64,000 nucleotides of DNA from Eledone cirrhosa (GCA_964016885.1 OZ024742.1:140306001-140370000); one strand, 5' to 3'. Shown: positions 25,700 to 39,864, numbered from the stretch's first letter. Program-made: numbers and translations. The notes: generated by a model not told the origin, from the sequence alone.

Positions 25700-27250
25700 T
25701 CCACAAATGCATGAAGACCATCATCAATGACCAAAGAACAGCTGAGGAGGAATGCACTATTGAGAAAATAGAACTCAATCCAAAAGTGTTCGTTTCATTT
25801 GCGAAAAAAACACAAGGTTACTGTGTCCACTGTTCACTCTCTGATTGATGAAAATGGCACTCTCCAAGACAATGCTAAAACCATGGGTGAGATACTGCAG
25901 AAACAATATGCTCTATTTTCAGCAATCCTGATATGGCTGATCTGGGGGTGTATCAGTGATGTTAATCCCCAACACACTATATCAGTCATAACGTTTGGTG
26001 CCTTTGATGTCTTAGCGGCAATAAATGAAATTAAACACAATTCAGCAGTAGGCCCTGATAGGTTCCCTGTTAGTGTCCTCCTGAAGGTGTGTCGACACCA
26101 ACTGGTATCTCCTCTAGCTAATCTGTGGAGGAACTCACTGGATGCTGGCTATATACCTGAAAACTTTCTGTCCCTGTTTGTTGTCCCAGTTTTCAAAAAG
26201 GGTAACAAGTGCCTTGCAGTGAATTACTATCCAATCTCACTCACCTCTAATATCATTAAGGTATTTGAGAGGGTGGCGAGATCACAAATAACTCACTTTC
26301 TGGAAAGTAACAATCTGCTAAACTCCAGCCAACATGGGTTCTGTAATGGAAGGGACTGCCTAACGCAGCTCCTACATCCTTTTGAAAAAACTATCCAACA
26401 TGTTGTAGTCAAAGGAGTACAATCAAGCCCAGCCAAAGTCAGTAGTGGTGTCCCACAAGGCACAGTGTTGGGCCCACTTCTCTTCATTATTTTTATCAAT
26501 GACATTATCTACACCATAAAGCACAGCAACATAAGAATCTTTGCAGATGATTTCAAGCTCCAGAAGGTCATAAATGTAGTGTGAAACCAAACATGCTTTT
26601 AATCAGATCTACTTGCTGTTATCCAATGGGTAGAAAAAAAACAATATGCTACTGAATGTGGATAAATTCAAACTAATCCACTTTGGAAAACTATCATATT
26701 CTCTTCCCTCAGGTGAAACCCTCATCAGAGACCTGGATAAATTCAAACTAATCCACTTTGGAAAACTATCATATTCTCTTCCCTCAGGTGAAACCAACAT
26801 CTGAGACCTGGGAGTAATTGATGATAATATAAGCTGGGCTTCTCATATAAACAACAAAGTTGACATGGCCTGCAGGATGTGTTCCTGGATTCTCAGAACT
26901 TTCCAGTTGAGAGATAGTCACACCATTATCCTTTTCTTCTCTACTTTTGCTCAGCCCCACTTTGAATACTGTTGTCCACTGTAGTCTCCCCAAATGACAA
27001 AGTATCATGAAAATTGAAGATCCTCAAAGGTCAATCACAAAAAAGATAGATGGCATAACAGGCATTGACTATGGGGTCAACTAGAAAAGCCCAAACTCTA
27101 CTCTCTTCAGCACCACTATGAGTGCTTCATTATCTGCATGATGTGGAAAATATTCCATCAGCATAGCCCAAATGATGTTGGCAACATCTTTTAAATACAC
27201 CTAAGGCTTGAGCCCCATGCTCTCTGCCTGCAACAAAAATCAAGCATGCA
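25700..27250 (+). pseudogene. Decayed CR1/Jockey-group LINE reverse transcriptase fragment
   Basis: ORF 25799-26584 (NYYPISLTS, QHGF, SGVPQGTVLGPLLFIIFIND, FADD); downstream DLGVI and PHFEYC motifs; internal deletion and a 61-bp duplication at 26660/26735. Confidence 0.88.
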
Positions 27251-27735
27251 TCTCATAACATTATAAACGGGTGGAGGATTATTGTAGCTATCTGCTTTTG
27301 CAGATGACTACTTCTAGATTTACAGCCTACCGATTTAAAAAAAAAAGTATAATCAAAGATTTCACAATGAGAATGGAATAATACTACATTATTTTCTATG
27401 ATAATGATAACTCCTACAAACTATATTAAATAGTCAATTGAAATGGATAAATATTAAATATTAAGATACTTTGCACACTTAACACAACACAGAATATTAT
27501 CAGTTTCAATAAAATTACCAGGGATTTGTATGACATGTACTCTTGGGTTCCAAATAGTGGGGGCGGGCATGTTTCAAAATTGGTAATTTTTCTAGGTTGT
27601 CTCCATTAATCTTTTTTTAAAACCAGAATTAGTGGTTATTCGAGACCCATGAGTAGTAATGAAAAAAAGAAATAAAAAAAAAACAACAACCTTGTCTGGG
27701 TATATTAATCAGCATTATTATTTTCTCTGCCAGAG

Positions 27736-27915
27736 GATTGGCAGTGTCGGTAGAGAGTCGGACACCATGCTTAGCAGCAAAGAGTTACGACCCTTTATGG
27801 TCTGAGTTCAAATCCCGCTGAGGTTAACTTTGCCTTTCATCCTTACGGGATCGATAAACTAAAGCACCAGTAATACACTGGGATAATTGCTGGCCTTGTG
27901 CCAAAAGTAGAACAA
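27736..27915 (+). mobile_element. SINE family B
   Basis: Matches 9666 and 38909. Confidence 0.8.
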
Positions 27916-29909
27916 AAATTTTTTTTTTTTTCTCTGCACTAGTATGGGTTGGACAAATAAACACATGTTGAAACCAGATGGGTTGGAGCAACCAATCTTA
28001 TGTTTCATATTTGGTATGGTTTTTATGTCTGGATGCAGCTCCTAATGTCAACAACCTTACTATTAATAATTGCATAAATTCACTATGTTTTGGATAAATT
28101 GCTTTAAATTTTTTGTTACCATATTTCTAATGAAAGAAACTGTCTATGATTTTCAATTAATTTTGAGAATAATCAAGTATTTGAAGAGATATACTAAAAT
28201 GAGCAACTTTTTCATTTTTAAGCTGGTGATTGGAACATAACAAAATTTTCTTACAAAATTATGATAGGAAGTTTAAATTTAAATATGAACACTTAAAACA
28301 AATCACTTTGTATCATAAAATCAGGAGCAGTTTCATGCTGTTTAGTATCAAAGGGGTTAAAAAGATTCTAACTATTATTTTGTTTGTCTATTAATGCTGG
28401 TTCACTCAGAATTGTTGCATTCAAGCAGTTTGAAAAAAAAAAAATTGAGCTTCATAAAAATAAACAAATGTAGAACTTAAACTAAATTGTTACGCTTACA
28501 TTCCAAAACGTTTTCTGGTAAAACGTGCTTTTCTTTTTCAAAATATTGTACTAATTCACAAAATTACTTTAAATTAATTAATTTTCTTATCAGTAAATCT
28601 TTCCAATATCTGTTGAAGTGCTGTCAGGTGACAAAAAGAAAAAAATTCAGAAAATGTTACATAGACTATGACCTTCTCTTTGACAAGAAGTTCCTCTGTA
28701 TAAAATTTCAGCTACATAGATGTATCATAATGCTTAAGATATATAGTATGTGTTAGCATCAGGAAGAGCATTCAACCAGTGAAAATCTGCCTCACAAAGT
28801 CTTATCTCAAGTGTGAAAAAATTGGACATAAAAACGATAATGTTGATAATGACGAAAATCACTAAACAAAAATGTATATCTCTCGCATTCTAATAAAATG
28901 CTTTCGCATCCCACAGTGGGTGCACAGGCTGTAGATTCTTCACTCCTGTTATAGAACATATGTAAACCAAGGAAAAGTCATGGCTAGAAAGTTTATAGAC
29001 AACAAAGCTCAATCTCATCTTACACGCTTTATTTAAAGGTTGAATAGTATAGCATAGTAATTATCACTCAAGACTGTGTTAATAATAAAGTCGGATTTTT
29101 TTCTTTTTTGTGTGTGTGTTGCTAATTGTAGCTTTTCTTTCTCTCTTCTACAATTAATAACAGTAGCATACATAATGAAGGATTTGAATATATCTATTAA
29201 GTTTATGTGTCATAAAATGTTTAATTAGCCACTCTTGTACCAAAGGTTAGATTTAATATTTTTTATACGGAATCTCAACATAATTTATGGAGTAATGGGG
29301 GAAAAATTATAATTTAATGATGGTTTTTGTTAGTTTAGATGATCAGTATTTAGTCACCTGATCAACTGAATGTCTGGCTTATGAATTAATGTGTTTGAGT
29401 ATTCCACAGACATGTAGAATATTCTTAACGTAGTTCTCTGGCAGAATCAGTGTGGCACAATTTGTGATGACGCTGGAGTTTTGAATTACAGGTGTAATAC
29501 ATCCAGTGTTCTACACAGTTTCCAACTACCCATTTTCATTCAGAGGGCTAAGGTTGACTTAAGGCTATGGTAAAGATGCCATGCAGTGAGATTGAACTTG
29601 GAATTGCACAATTGCATAGTAAATTTTTAACTACTCAGCCATAATTATCATTTTATAACACAAACACAAATTTTGCGTGAGCTGATATCATGGCAGATTT
29701 GAAAACAATACAATAATTACCTGCAAATTATATATGTAAAATAATAATTACTTATTTGTATAGAATATTTGATGTTAAGTGGTGAGGTGTGATATTAAAT
29801 TTTTTTCAGATCAGACCATAGAAACCAGGTTTCCATTGATCTTTTCCATTACTGATACTATCTGTTAGTGATAACTCCTGGTGGAAGTGTCACCACTTTA
29901 ATGGTGTTA

Positions 29910-30310
29910 GTAGTTGGGATTTGAACTGAAAACATACAGAGCCAGAAGAAATGCAACAAGGCATCCAGTACTACACTTTAATAGTTCCAGCAATCCACTA
30001 ACTCCTCTGAACTGGTACTTTATCAATTAACTTCGGAAAGGATGAAAGGCAAAACTGACCTTGGCAAGATTTGAACTCAGAGCATAGAGAGTTAGGACAA
30101 ATACCTCTGACATGCTATGCTGAACAGATACCACAAAACACCCTGTCTGATGCTTTAACAATTCTGCCAATTCACTGCCTCTAGACTGATACTTTATTTA
30201 TCAACCCAGAAAGGATGAAAGGCAAAGTTGACCTCGGTGGGATTTGAAATCGGAGAGCAGAGACACAGTACAAATACCACAAAGCATTCCCTTTGACATC
30301 CTAATGGTTT
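29910..30310 (-). mobile_element. Tandem cluster of 2-3 older family B-related SINE segments
   Basis: Repeated GAAAGGATGAAAGGCAAA...GATTTGAA motifs about 170 bp apart. Confidence 0.6.
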
Positions 30311-31490
30311 TTTTGCTAAATTATCCACATAAATATAAAATTATTTTATGAGTATTGAAAATTATTTAATATTTCAATTTATAATACATAATTGCCTATT
30401 ATTTATCAATTTGTGGGCAGTCAAGAATTTACCATAAAACTTTTTGTCGCCCACTATATATCTAGGACATTCCTTTTATTTAATGTGTTAATTGGGCCAT
30501 TTGTGAAATCAGATAAAGACATTGACCCACTTTGTTGTATAAGGGAATGTATAAATTCATTCATGCTATTTTATATTGTTAAATGTATTACTGTAGTCAA
30601 TTCCACTAATATTTTGTAATATCATGGGTGGGATAGGTTTACTATGCAGCATATTGTTGCAGCCTGTATTTTTACAACTGAGATACGTTTCCATATGACT
30701 CAACTGTGAAGTATTTATGGCATCTATTTTAACCTTTTTATCACTATATTTCTGATGAAAACACTGCCTATGATTTTCAAATAATTTTGAAAACAATCAG
30801 GAATTTGTTGTTATGCCTATCATGGGGTCTTTTTAAGGCCATGATTTTTTATGGCTGGATTTCCTTCCCAATGCTAACCCATAAAATTGTTGTTATTGTA
30901 TTGATGGAAGGGTTTAGTAAAATAACTAACATTTTTCATTATTCATCTGGTTTTTCAGCCCTTGTAGCCAATAAATCAAACAATTATTTATCTGGTGTTT
31001 ATAACTTTATAAAGGTTCTTACATAAAATTATGATGGAAGTTTTTTTTAAAATAAATATAAACCCTTTAAAAGAAACAGTTTTATATTGTAGAATCAGTT
31101 GTGCTTTTCACTTGTTTAGCTTCAAAAGTGTTAATCTTGGCAATGCGAAATAATTAATGCAATGGGTCTTGCTTTTATTCTTTTACTGGTTTCAGTAATT
31201 AGACTGGGGCTATGCTTGGGGGGAGGGGGGGGGGTCTACCGTAAAGGGAACACAACACAATGTTGTAAGATTTTATATATATATAACCCATGCTAGCATG
31301 GAAAATGGACGTTAAACGACGATGATGATGATATATATATATATATATATATTAAAGAGTTAAACAAGATTCAATGAGTATATCAAAGAATGAGTTTTAC
31401 AGTAGATTGGAAGCACTCTATGGGAAATAATTTTCCAGAGTTATTAATATTAAAATACAAATATTAATAAAATAGATGTTCTTTTGATCA

Positions 31491-31553
31491 ATTACATTTT
31501 ATTATACATATTTCGGATGTACAACAGTACTTCCTCATCAGACAAGATATAAT
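31491..31553 (-). ncRNA. Type I hammerhead ribozyme (left arm)
   Basis: AUUAUAUCUUGU-CUGAUGA-GGAAGUAC-UGUU-GUACAUCC-GAAAUAUGUAUA-AUAAAAUGUAAU. Confidence 0.75.
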
Positions 31554-31630
31554 TATACATGACATACCCTGAGATGTTAAATGGTTGATTAAATCTTAAC
31601 CATTTAACATCTCAGGGTATGTCATGTATC

Positions 31631-31693
31631 ATTATATTTTATCTGATGAGGACGTACTGTTGTACATCCGAAATATGTATAATAAAATGTAAT
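31631..31693 (+). ncRNA. Type I hammerhead ribozyme (right arm), canonical core
   Basis: 12-bp stem I AUUAUAUUUUAU/AUAAAAUGUAAU, CUGAUGA at 31643-31649, stem II GGA.GUAC/GUAC.UCC, GAAA at 31670, short stem III, AUA triplet. Confidence 0.85.
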
Positions 31694-31749
31694 TGATCAA
31701 AAGAACATCTATTTTATTAATATTTGTATTTTTATATATATATATAGGC

Positions 31750-32030
31750 ATTTTTCCATCATCCATATGCACCACATGTTTGTATCAGTGCAATCTTCTT
31801 TCTTGCACACTACATCTGATTCCTCTTATGCCCAGATTTTCTCTCAGCTCACCTATTCTTTTTCATTCATGTACACTTACATTACAGATTATATGGAGCA
31901 TGTTTGATTTGTCTTTTTCCAGCTTTGCAAATCTCCTTGCATTCACTGCCCATATCTCATTGATATTCAACATTGTACTTCACATGAAGGCATCATACAA
32001 TCTATCCCTTTGTTGTCAACAGAAGTAGCA
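31750..32030 (-). pseudogene. Decayed RTE 3' fragment
   Basis: Reverse complement resembles LYDAFM...GIRCSVQERRLHWYKHV. Confidence 0.6.
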
Positions 32031-32723
32031 GTTCGTTTAATAATAAATTATCTCTAGGTTCTCATGTATGGGTTCCAGGATTCAAACATTTAAAATAATA
32101 TAGCATTTTCGTTTAAAATTTGATAATTCTATAAATTTGATATATTTTCAAAATGATTTTTAATAATATAATTATTTACTTCATTGTTTGGGTTGGTTAT
32201 AGATAAAAGCTTTCTATAAAATTGAATTAAATTTTTGATGAGCTATATTGAAATAATAAGCACATTATAATGCTTATGTGTCTATGTATGAGTGTTTGCT
32301 GTTTTTCGTTCTATTAGTTAATGACACTGGCATGGCACCTGAAAAATGAAAAAAAATAATATACAAACATTGGAAATTTCTGTTAATTTGACATCAAAGT
32401 ATAGCTATTTAGATATCAAATTATATCTATTAACTGTGTGCTAGTATTGTAACTATAGAGATAATTTGTTTTGTTTTTGTGTCATTAATATATTCATTTT
32501 CAGTTTGATTAACACACATAGCCAGACTAATCATTACACGTTTCTTTTTCAAAGAAACCATTATTTTAACTCACTGGCATCTACTTAACTTTACAGGCAA
32601 TTTCCCAATTCAGTAAAACTACAATTAATTTAAGGCAATGGATGAGAGGGGAGAGAAAATATTTAATTGCTCAACCCACTAACATAGCAACTAAATCTCA
32701 TTCAACAAATTTCCCTATTGTTG

Positions 32724-32983
32724 TTAACTCTTTGGACACCAAACTGCCTGAAACAGCCCTTGTTCTCTGATACAAAACTATTCATTTTAAACTGTTTATA
32801 TTTATTTAACACCCTTCCATCATAATTTTATGTAAGACCCTTTACGTTATATTCCAAACACCAACTTAATAACAAGAAGGTTAGCTATATTACTAAATCA
32901 CTTCAAATTCTTGATTCCTTTCAATATGATTTCAAAACCATAGGCAGTGTCTTTTATTAGAAATATGGTAAAGAAAAGGTTAA
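32724..32983. mobile_element. TTAA-bounded MITE-like repeat (family also at ~14595-14810, 16155-16380, 28110-28360, 30728-31135)
   Basis: TTAACYCTTT...AAAGGTTAA ends and shared internal CCATATTTCT/ATAAAATTATGA motifs; piggyBac affinity is inference. Confidence 0.55.
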
Positions 32984-33014
32984 AAGCAGGGACAACATAT
33001 CCACATCCTTACTC

Positions 33015-33243
33015 TTAACTCTTTAGCATTTACATTATTCTATATATACTATTGTATTTTCATGGTAAAGGCTTTACCTCACATAATTATCTTACATAAT
33101 ATCGAATCTATGAGATTTTGATATTATTTATTTTGAGAACAATATCTTAACATCAGTATGAGTGGCCAGTTACGGCCGATTTGAACAGAAAGGGGTGAGA
33201 AAATTTTGACTGGATATGGCTGGCTTAAATGCTAAAGGGTTGA
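33015..33243. mobile_element. piggyBac-like MITE
   Basis: TIR TTAACTCTTTAGCATTTA / TAAATGCTAAAGGGTTGA. Confidence 0.65.
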
Positions 33244-34639
33244 CAGCCTATTTATTCTAAAGATTAAATAGTGATGGTTAGAATGTTGAACAAATAATTT
33301 TCCACTTGGTTGCTCTGTGCACAAGATGTTCTTAATGTTGGAAAATATTATAACCTTTCTAGGGATGCTACAACATTCTCTCACTGATTGGCCCCCCCCA
33401 AAAAACTAATTCCCCAGCATATTACAATCAATGTCTCACAAATATGAGGTGTGTGCTGTAGCAACAACCTTTCACTGATTGGCAAAGACACTCTCTAACA
33501 TGTGACAACTAATGGTTCATAGATATGTTGTTCTTAATCTACTACTACTAGAATGTCCTCTGTTCCTCTTGACTAGTAAGTTCATCTCCGCCCAACACAT
33601 CTGTTATTCTTCTCCCTTGTCATTCTTGCTGTCTCACATAAAATATCTCACACTACTAAACACTTTATCCAATCATTCCTTTCCAAAGCAGTAGCCCCTT
33701 GGAATAGCCACTCACCTTCATTGATGTTGATTTGCACAAGTTGAAACTGATATTAAATACTTTTATCCTTTTTACAACAACATGCTTTTTAAGGCCATTT
33801 TTTCCTGCTAAAGCAGAGGTTAAACTTTTGGGCCTCATGATAAGCTTCATATATATCATGGGGTCCTTTTTTAATCAATTTTTTATGGCTGGATGCTCTT
33901 CCTGGTGCCAACCTTTTAGTTACCCTTTACATGACACAGGGATACAATGTATCTATTCTAAACTGGATATACACATTTTATCTTTGTAATGTTTGTCTTA
34001 CAATATATCACCAATCATCTTGATCTTTCATCATCTCATCTGAGTCCAAATATCCTGAAATCTGATCATATCACATCTTCCTATATCTTAATTGGTCTTT
34101 GATGGAGGTATGTGGCTTAGTGGTTAGATCATAAGTTTGTGGGTTTGATTTCTTGTCTGTGCTATGCATTGTGACCTTGAGCAAGATGCTTCATTTTACA
34201 TTACTTTAGTCAACTCAACTGAAACAAAAGTGCCAGCAACAACTGGAGGTTAGCCATATGCCATACTGGCAGCCCATCAAGTACTGAAACTAGGATAAAC
34301 TTCAGCCTGCGTATTCTTCACTGATATTGCTTGGCATTTATTTGTGCACTACTCTAATTATCTAAGATATTGGTTATTCTGGGTTTGGGATATCTTATTC
34401 ATATTTGTACCTGTTTATTTAACCTTTTTAATTCCAAAGTGATGGAAATTGACATTGTTTCTATATGAAACTATTTGTTTAAAGTGTTTATATTTATCTA
34501 AAATCCAGCATCATAGCTTAAAGTTTTTTTTATATAAAATTATGTTCCAGCTTAGTCATGAGAAAGACAATTTAAATATTTTGCAAATAAAAATAAAAAG
34601 ATGAATGTGACAAGATGAGAAAAATAGAACCAGTAATGG

Positions 34640-34870
34640 ATGTTGTGCAGAGAAATGGTATATGATGGTTGGGCCATGTGTTGAGGAAGGTTGAAAATGA
34701 CTGGGTGATAGGAATAGGACCAGTGAGGGATACTGTGAAGAGAAATGGACTAAGATGGTTGGGTCATTTTTTGAAGGGAAGGATAAAATTCTGTCTGAGA
34801 GGAATGATAAAAATAAATGTGGAAGGAAGTAGAGGAAGAGGAAGACCAAGAAAGACATGGGTAAAAATGA
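34640..34870 (+). pseudogene. LINE (RTE-like) C-terminal remnant
   Basis: GLRWLGH...VEGSRGRGRPRKTW. Confidence 0.6.
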
Positions 34871-35698
34871 TGTGTATGTATGTATGTGTGTGTGGGTGGT
34901 GGTGAAAACCACGTTGGTAAGGCAGGGATGTAAAAGATACATAAAAATGAAGACGTATGTCATGGGGTCCTGCAAGTTTTACCCCAACTTTAGCAAGGAA
35001 AATTATCTTCAAATGCTTGTTGTTGTTGTTTTCCTAAATATTCCTTTCTGTTTCTATTGCAGGTAAGTACCTCAGTCATTAATCCTTGCTTTGGGTGAAT
35101 TGTCATGAAAAACTGTAAGCTAAGATTTTCTTTTTTTTTTTCGTTTATTATTTTTAAATTCTGTCAATTTTTATCCCTTTTCAAACCAAATCTTCAAGAG
35201 ATCAATGATTTCAAAGCATGTTTATGTATTGATTTCTATTATTTAGTCTTCAGTTATATTGATTCTTGTACTTTAGTTAAATCTAGTTTATTCAGCTTCT
35301 CTTATTTTTCTTATATTCTTTTACTGGTTTCAGTCATTAGACTGTGGCCATGCTGGGGCATCACCTTGAAGGGAGTTAGCAGTTAACAAAATGTGATTCA
35401 CAAAATAAATACCAAAATTGAAAAAGAAAATACTGGGGTGTTGATATAATCAATTAAGGTATGGGATATAAACAGTAAATGTATGCACAAGCAAGGGGAC
35501 ACACACACACATGTATGATGACCTACCACACAGTTTCCATTTACCAAATTTCATACACAATGCATTATTTAACCTGAGGCTATTGTAGAAGAAACATGCC
35601 CAGGGTGCCATGCAGTGGAATCTGTCAAAGAAATGCAGTCATGAAATGTAATCTCCAAATTCAGTAATAAACATTTGTATATTTATACATAAATTATG

Positions 35699-35903
35699 CA
35701 GGGTGTTTCAAAAAAATTGCTATCATTTGAAATGTAAATATCTCAGAAACCACCTCTATATGTTGTGAATTAGTGTTACAATGTTGACAAATTTTGAAGA
35801 ATATGTTGCTCAACATAAAGCCTCCTCAGTCTTGTTGTCTTAGTTTTTATAGTTTCTGGGATATTTACATCTCAAATGATATCTAATTTTTTGAAACACC
35901 ATG
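35699..35903. mobile_element. Tc1/mariner-type MITE (~205 bp)
   Basis: ~50-bp TIRs CAGGGTGTTTCAAAAAAATT..TATCATTTGAAATGTAAATATCTCAGAAAC and its reverse complement. Confidence 0.8.
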
Positions 35904-37213
35904 TCCTATAATATGATATATGGGGTGTTGATACCCAGTCAGCTCTAACAATGAATGTTCCAGTTGCTGGTCAATAGAGCTACCTGCTCATGAAATTAAT
36001 GCAAATGGCTGAGCATTCCAAGGATATGTATACCTTTAATGCAGTTCTCAGGAAAATTTGGTATTAGACTGTGTGACACGTTTGGCCCCTTTGAATTGCT
36101 GGTACAACTAATTTTTACCAACTGAGTGAACTGCAGTTATGTGAAATAAAGTATCTTGCTCAAAGACATGAATAGCTGGTGAATATCAAACTCACAACCT
36201 TGCAATTATGAGCCAAACATCCTAATCATTAAGTCATACGCCTTCACAATATAATGTTGTATAATATCTTAATGTTCTTTAATAAAGGATACCCAATATA
36301 TGTATTATTATTACTATATGTTAGTATTAATAGACTATAACAAAGAAAAATAGTAATGGGCTACATCATCAGTAATAAAACAAAACAGTAATTACACACA
36401 CACAAACACACTGGCCGGTTGTCCATCAATTTAATTGTTATGTTTCCCTTCTACATCAGTTATATTAACCACATCTCTGATGGTGTGATACAAGTTCAAT
36501 ATGTGGTAGAAAGATCCCTTTGGGGATAAGCTGAACATGGATGAAAAACCACATTGATACTGTTGGATTTTGCATATAAATTTGTAATAAAATATTTTCT
36601 TTGCAGTAATATATATTTTTGTTAGGTGATGATGGAGTGGTGTAGAGAACAAAAAGAAGAGGCTACTAATTCTAATTGATTGGTTATTTTCATAATCTCA
36701 AGAATTATTTAATGTATTTTTCTGGCCTTTGAATAATGTTGAAGAAGAAGAGATATAATCAAATGGGACATTTTCCTACACTAACCTCCATACCTTGTAA
36801 TAACCACTACACCCAGTTCTTCCTGTCCAAAATGTCAACCCTATAGAATTCCCCCTCTGGAACATCAATGGCCTCAACTTCTCCAGTCAAGGAAGGTTTG
36901 TAAATGTCAATGACACTGTCCCTTCTTCCAGATATACCAAGTAAAGGAAACATTTTACGAAGGAATATTTCATGATTGCTTTAAATTTATCAAAAATATC
37001 TGTTTATCCATGGGTTGAACCAAGTCCTTTTTGAGGCAGAATTTTATGACTTAATGCCTTCCTGACACCAACCCTTACTTGTCTTTTAACTAATATATTT
37101 TGCATGTCTAACCACTAAGCATGAGGATCTCTGTTTATGTGGAGTGATAACAAATACCAGTGCCTGCAATGTCAAATGCAAAGAGAAGAGAAAAATGCAC
37201 AGGCACACACACA

Positions 37214-37216
<3 letters not shown>

Positions 37217-37302
<86 letters not shown>
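37217..37302. repeat. (CT)n microsatellite
   Basis: Direct reading. Confidence 0.97.
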
Positions 37303-37306
<4 letters not shown>

Positions 37307-38209
37307 ACACATACATATATGATGTGCTTCCTTACAATTTCCATCTACCAAATTCACTCAGTTGTGAAGTGAACTCTTTAACCACACAGCCACACAGTCA
37401 TGCCTGCAGCTATTGTCATGTGATATTTTGTATTATTTATTATTTTCTATATTACTTTATTGACATTTTGTGTCATCATTTACTATCAGATAACTGTATT
37501 TGTCTAATGCTGATGCCGAAGCAATATCTTTGCATAATTCTTGACATTTTATCTAGTTCTAATTCTACTGCTATTACACTACTATCTGTACATTGATGTT
37601 GGTCAGTGCTTCACTTCAAATAAAAGATCTTCAGTTATATTTTGTGAATGAATTAAAGTTTGTTATGTAACCTTTTTAAACATAGGATGAAGTGTGTATG
37701 TGTGTGTGTGTGTAGGGGGGGGGGGGGGTGTAAACATACTTCTTTTTTGGTATTTGACTCACTAGTAGAACATTGAAATAAACTTTGTGATGTTTAAACT
37801 GTGAGGTTCTTTTTTTGTTATCCCTCCTAAGTTGGAGTGTGTTTGATTTAGGATAGGTACACCATATCCGTGCATGTTGCATGGGGCAACTAAAAGGGTT
37901 GGCATCAGGAATAGCATCCCCAAGAAAGACTCCATGATGAGTATGAAGCCAGTCATGAGGCTTGCAAAGCTAACCTCTGCTTTAGCAAGGAGAATGGCTT
38001 TAAGATTGGACAGGTTGTTACAGACCAATTCAGTACATTATTAGAGCTACAGAGTGCACTTGGTGCATTTTATATTACCAGCACTAGGTATTTTATCATA
38101 TTCTTGACATGTCATGACTGAGGAGTCTTGTTTAACCCTTTGGCAGGGTTTTTAAAGATTTAATTCAAAGTATTGTATAGATTGGCCAGTTTGGAAAAAT
38201 CCATTAGTG

Positions 38210-38460
38210 TTATCATCATCACCATCACTTTTCTATGCTTTCATGGGTTTGATGGTTCTTCTCCAATACAACCCTCCTTCTGTCACATTCCTTTGTCATC
38301 TCTGTGAGGTTCAGTATTTTGAAATCAATTCTCATCACTTTCACCCAGGTTTTCCTTGGTCTTCCTCTTCTGCACCTTCCTTCCACTGAGAATTCTTGAC
38401 ACTTCTTCACCCTACAATCATCTTTCATACACATCACATGTTTGAACTTCTCCCTTGGAC
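38210..38460 (-). pseudogene. RTE 3' fragment
   Basis: ORF 38225-38464 KKCQEFSVEGRCRRGRPRKTW; (GAT)n tail. Confidence 0.8.
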
Positions 38461-38908
38461 ACAATATCTATTGCAATAGTTAATTTAATTATACCTTTAA
38501 ATCGTCTTATAACTCTTACTGACTCTATAGAAGATTTCATCATCATGTAGTATGTTAAAGGCAAGTCAGCCTTAGGAACCATCCTTTTTAGTAAATCTAT
38601 TTCACAGATATTTAAAAGAATGTGTAGTGTGTGTGTATGTGAGACCGAAAGAGAAATATATTGGATTGATCATAAAGCAGGTAACATTCTTTCAATGTGT
38701 ACTTTAACTGTAATCACATGTTCAGTAATTTCAGATATTAAAATGCAAACAGCAAAAAAGGAAAACAAAACAAAACAAATGCAGATAAACAAAAAACCTA
38801 CATATTTATATTAAGGCATTTGTGCCCACGCACATGAAATACATTCCTTCTCTAACTCCTTCTGCCTCTCTTCCATACTGTAGTAAATACAATCTTGCAT
38901 TATATATA

Positions 38909-39092
38909 GGATTGGCAGTATCGGTAGAGGGTCGGACGCCATGCTTTGCAGCACAGTTACGTCCCTTTACGGACTGAGTTCAAATCCCGCCGAGGTTAAC
39001 TTTGCCTTTCATCCTTACGGGGTCGATAAAATAAAGTACCAGTAATACACTGGGATAATTGCTGGCCTTGTGCCAAAAGTAGACACAATTAT
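38909..39092 (+). mobile_element. SINE family B
   Basis: Matches 9666 and 27736. Confidence 0.85.
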
Positions 39093-39654
39093 ATATAATA
39101 CACTTGTTTTGTAATAATATATGCACACACACACATACACACACGTGTGTATATATATAAAATTAAGGATGGTATCCTGAAGGGGATTGGGAAATAACTA
39201 CAGTTAAAAAGGTACTCAATACCTTAAACAACTCAAATATGCTTTACAGAGGCTAAAATTTGCATTTTGCAGAACATCATTAGATTAAGAACATAGCAAG
39301 CAAAAAATATATTTAAGAAAAAAATATTTTACCTGCATGTTTGCAGTTTTCCCATGCTTTTAACACCAGCTAATTAATATAATTAATTAATTAATCAGTT
39401 GAAACTACATGGTTCTTCTGTAGAGTAGTCTTAAAGTATACTAATTAATGGCCATGTTAGAAACATCTAGACTGGATAACCGTTAGAGCTAAAAAGAAAA
39501 TGTAATGCTAATAAATTGTGTTCCGATGCATCACTGATTCTTCGTTTTCCATATTGTTATACTCTGCTCCGAAGGAGCATAGAGTGCTCAACTGGCATAC
39601 CGCCTATGGACGCATCCAATCAACCTTACTACAAATATATATATATATCGTCAT

Positions 39655-39864
39655 TTGGTCGACTTCCGTCAAATCGGACTGAGGAAACAATGTTTCCATG
39701 GGTCTTTCCAATTGCTAATACTATCTATCGGTTGCAACCCCAGGTAGAAGGAGCAACGTAAAATAAAGTGCCTTGCTCAAGGACATAACGCATCACCCGA
39801 TCCGGGAATCGAAATCACAACCTCACAATTGCGAATCCAATTCTCTTATCAATCAGCCACCTTC

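Larger units (their letters stand above)
31452..31732. repeat. Near-perfect 281-bp palindrome (135-bp arms, 11-bp spacer) containing two hammerheads; Penelope-type inverted pLTR
   Basis: Arm 31452-31586 is the reverse complement of 31598-31732 with about 4 mismatches; the island is flanked by (TA)n. Confidence 0.92.

Noticed and set aside
39225-39292. Degenerate hammerhead-like CUAAUGA motif in a TA-flanked island (minus)
   Set aside because: Both core halves are mutated; it cannot be supported without a consensus
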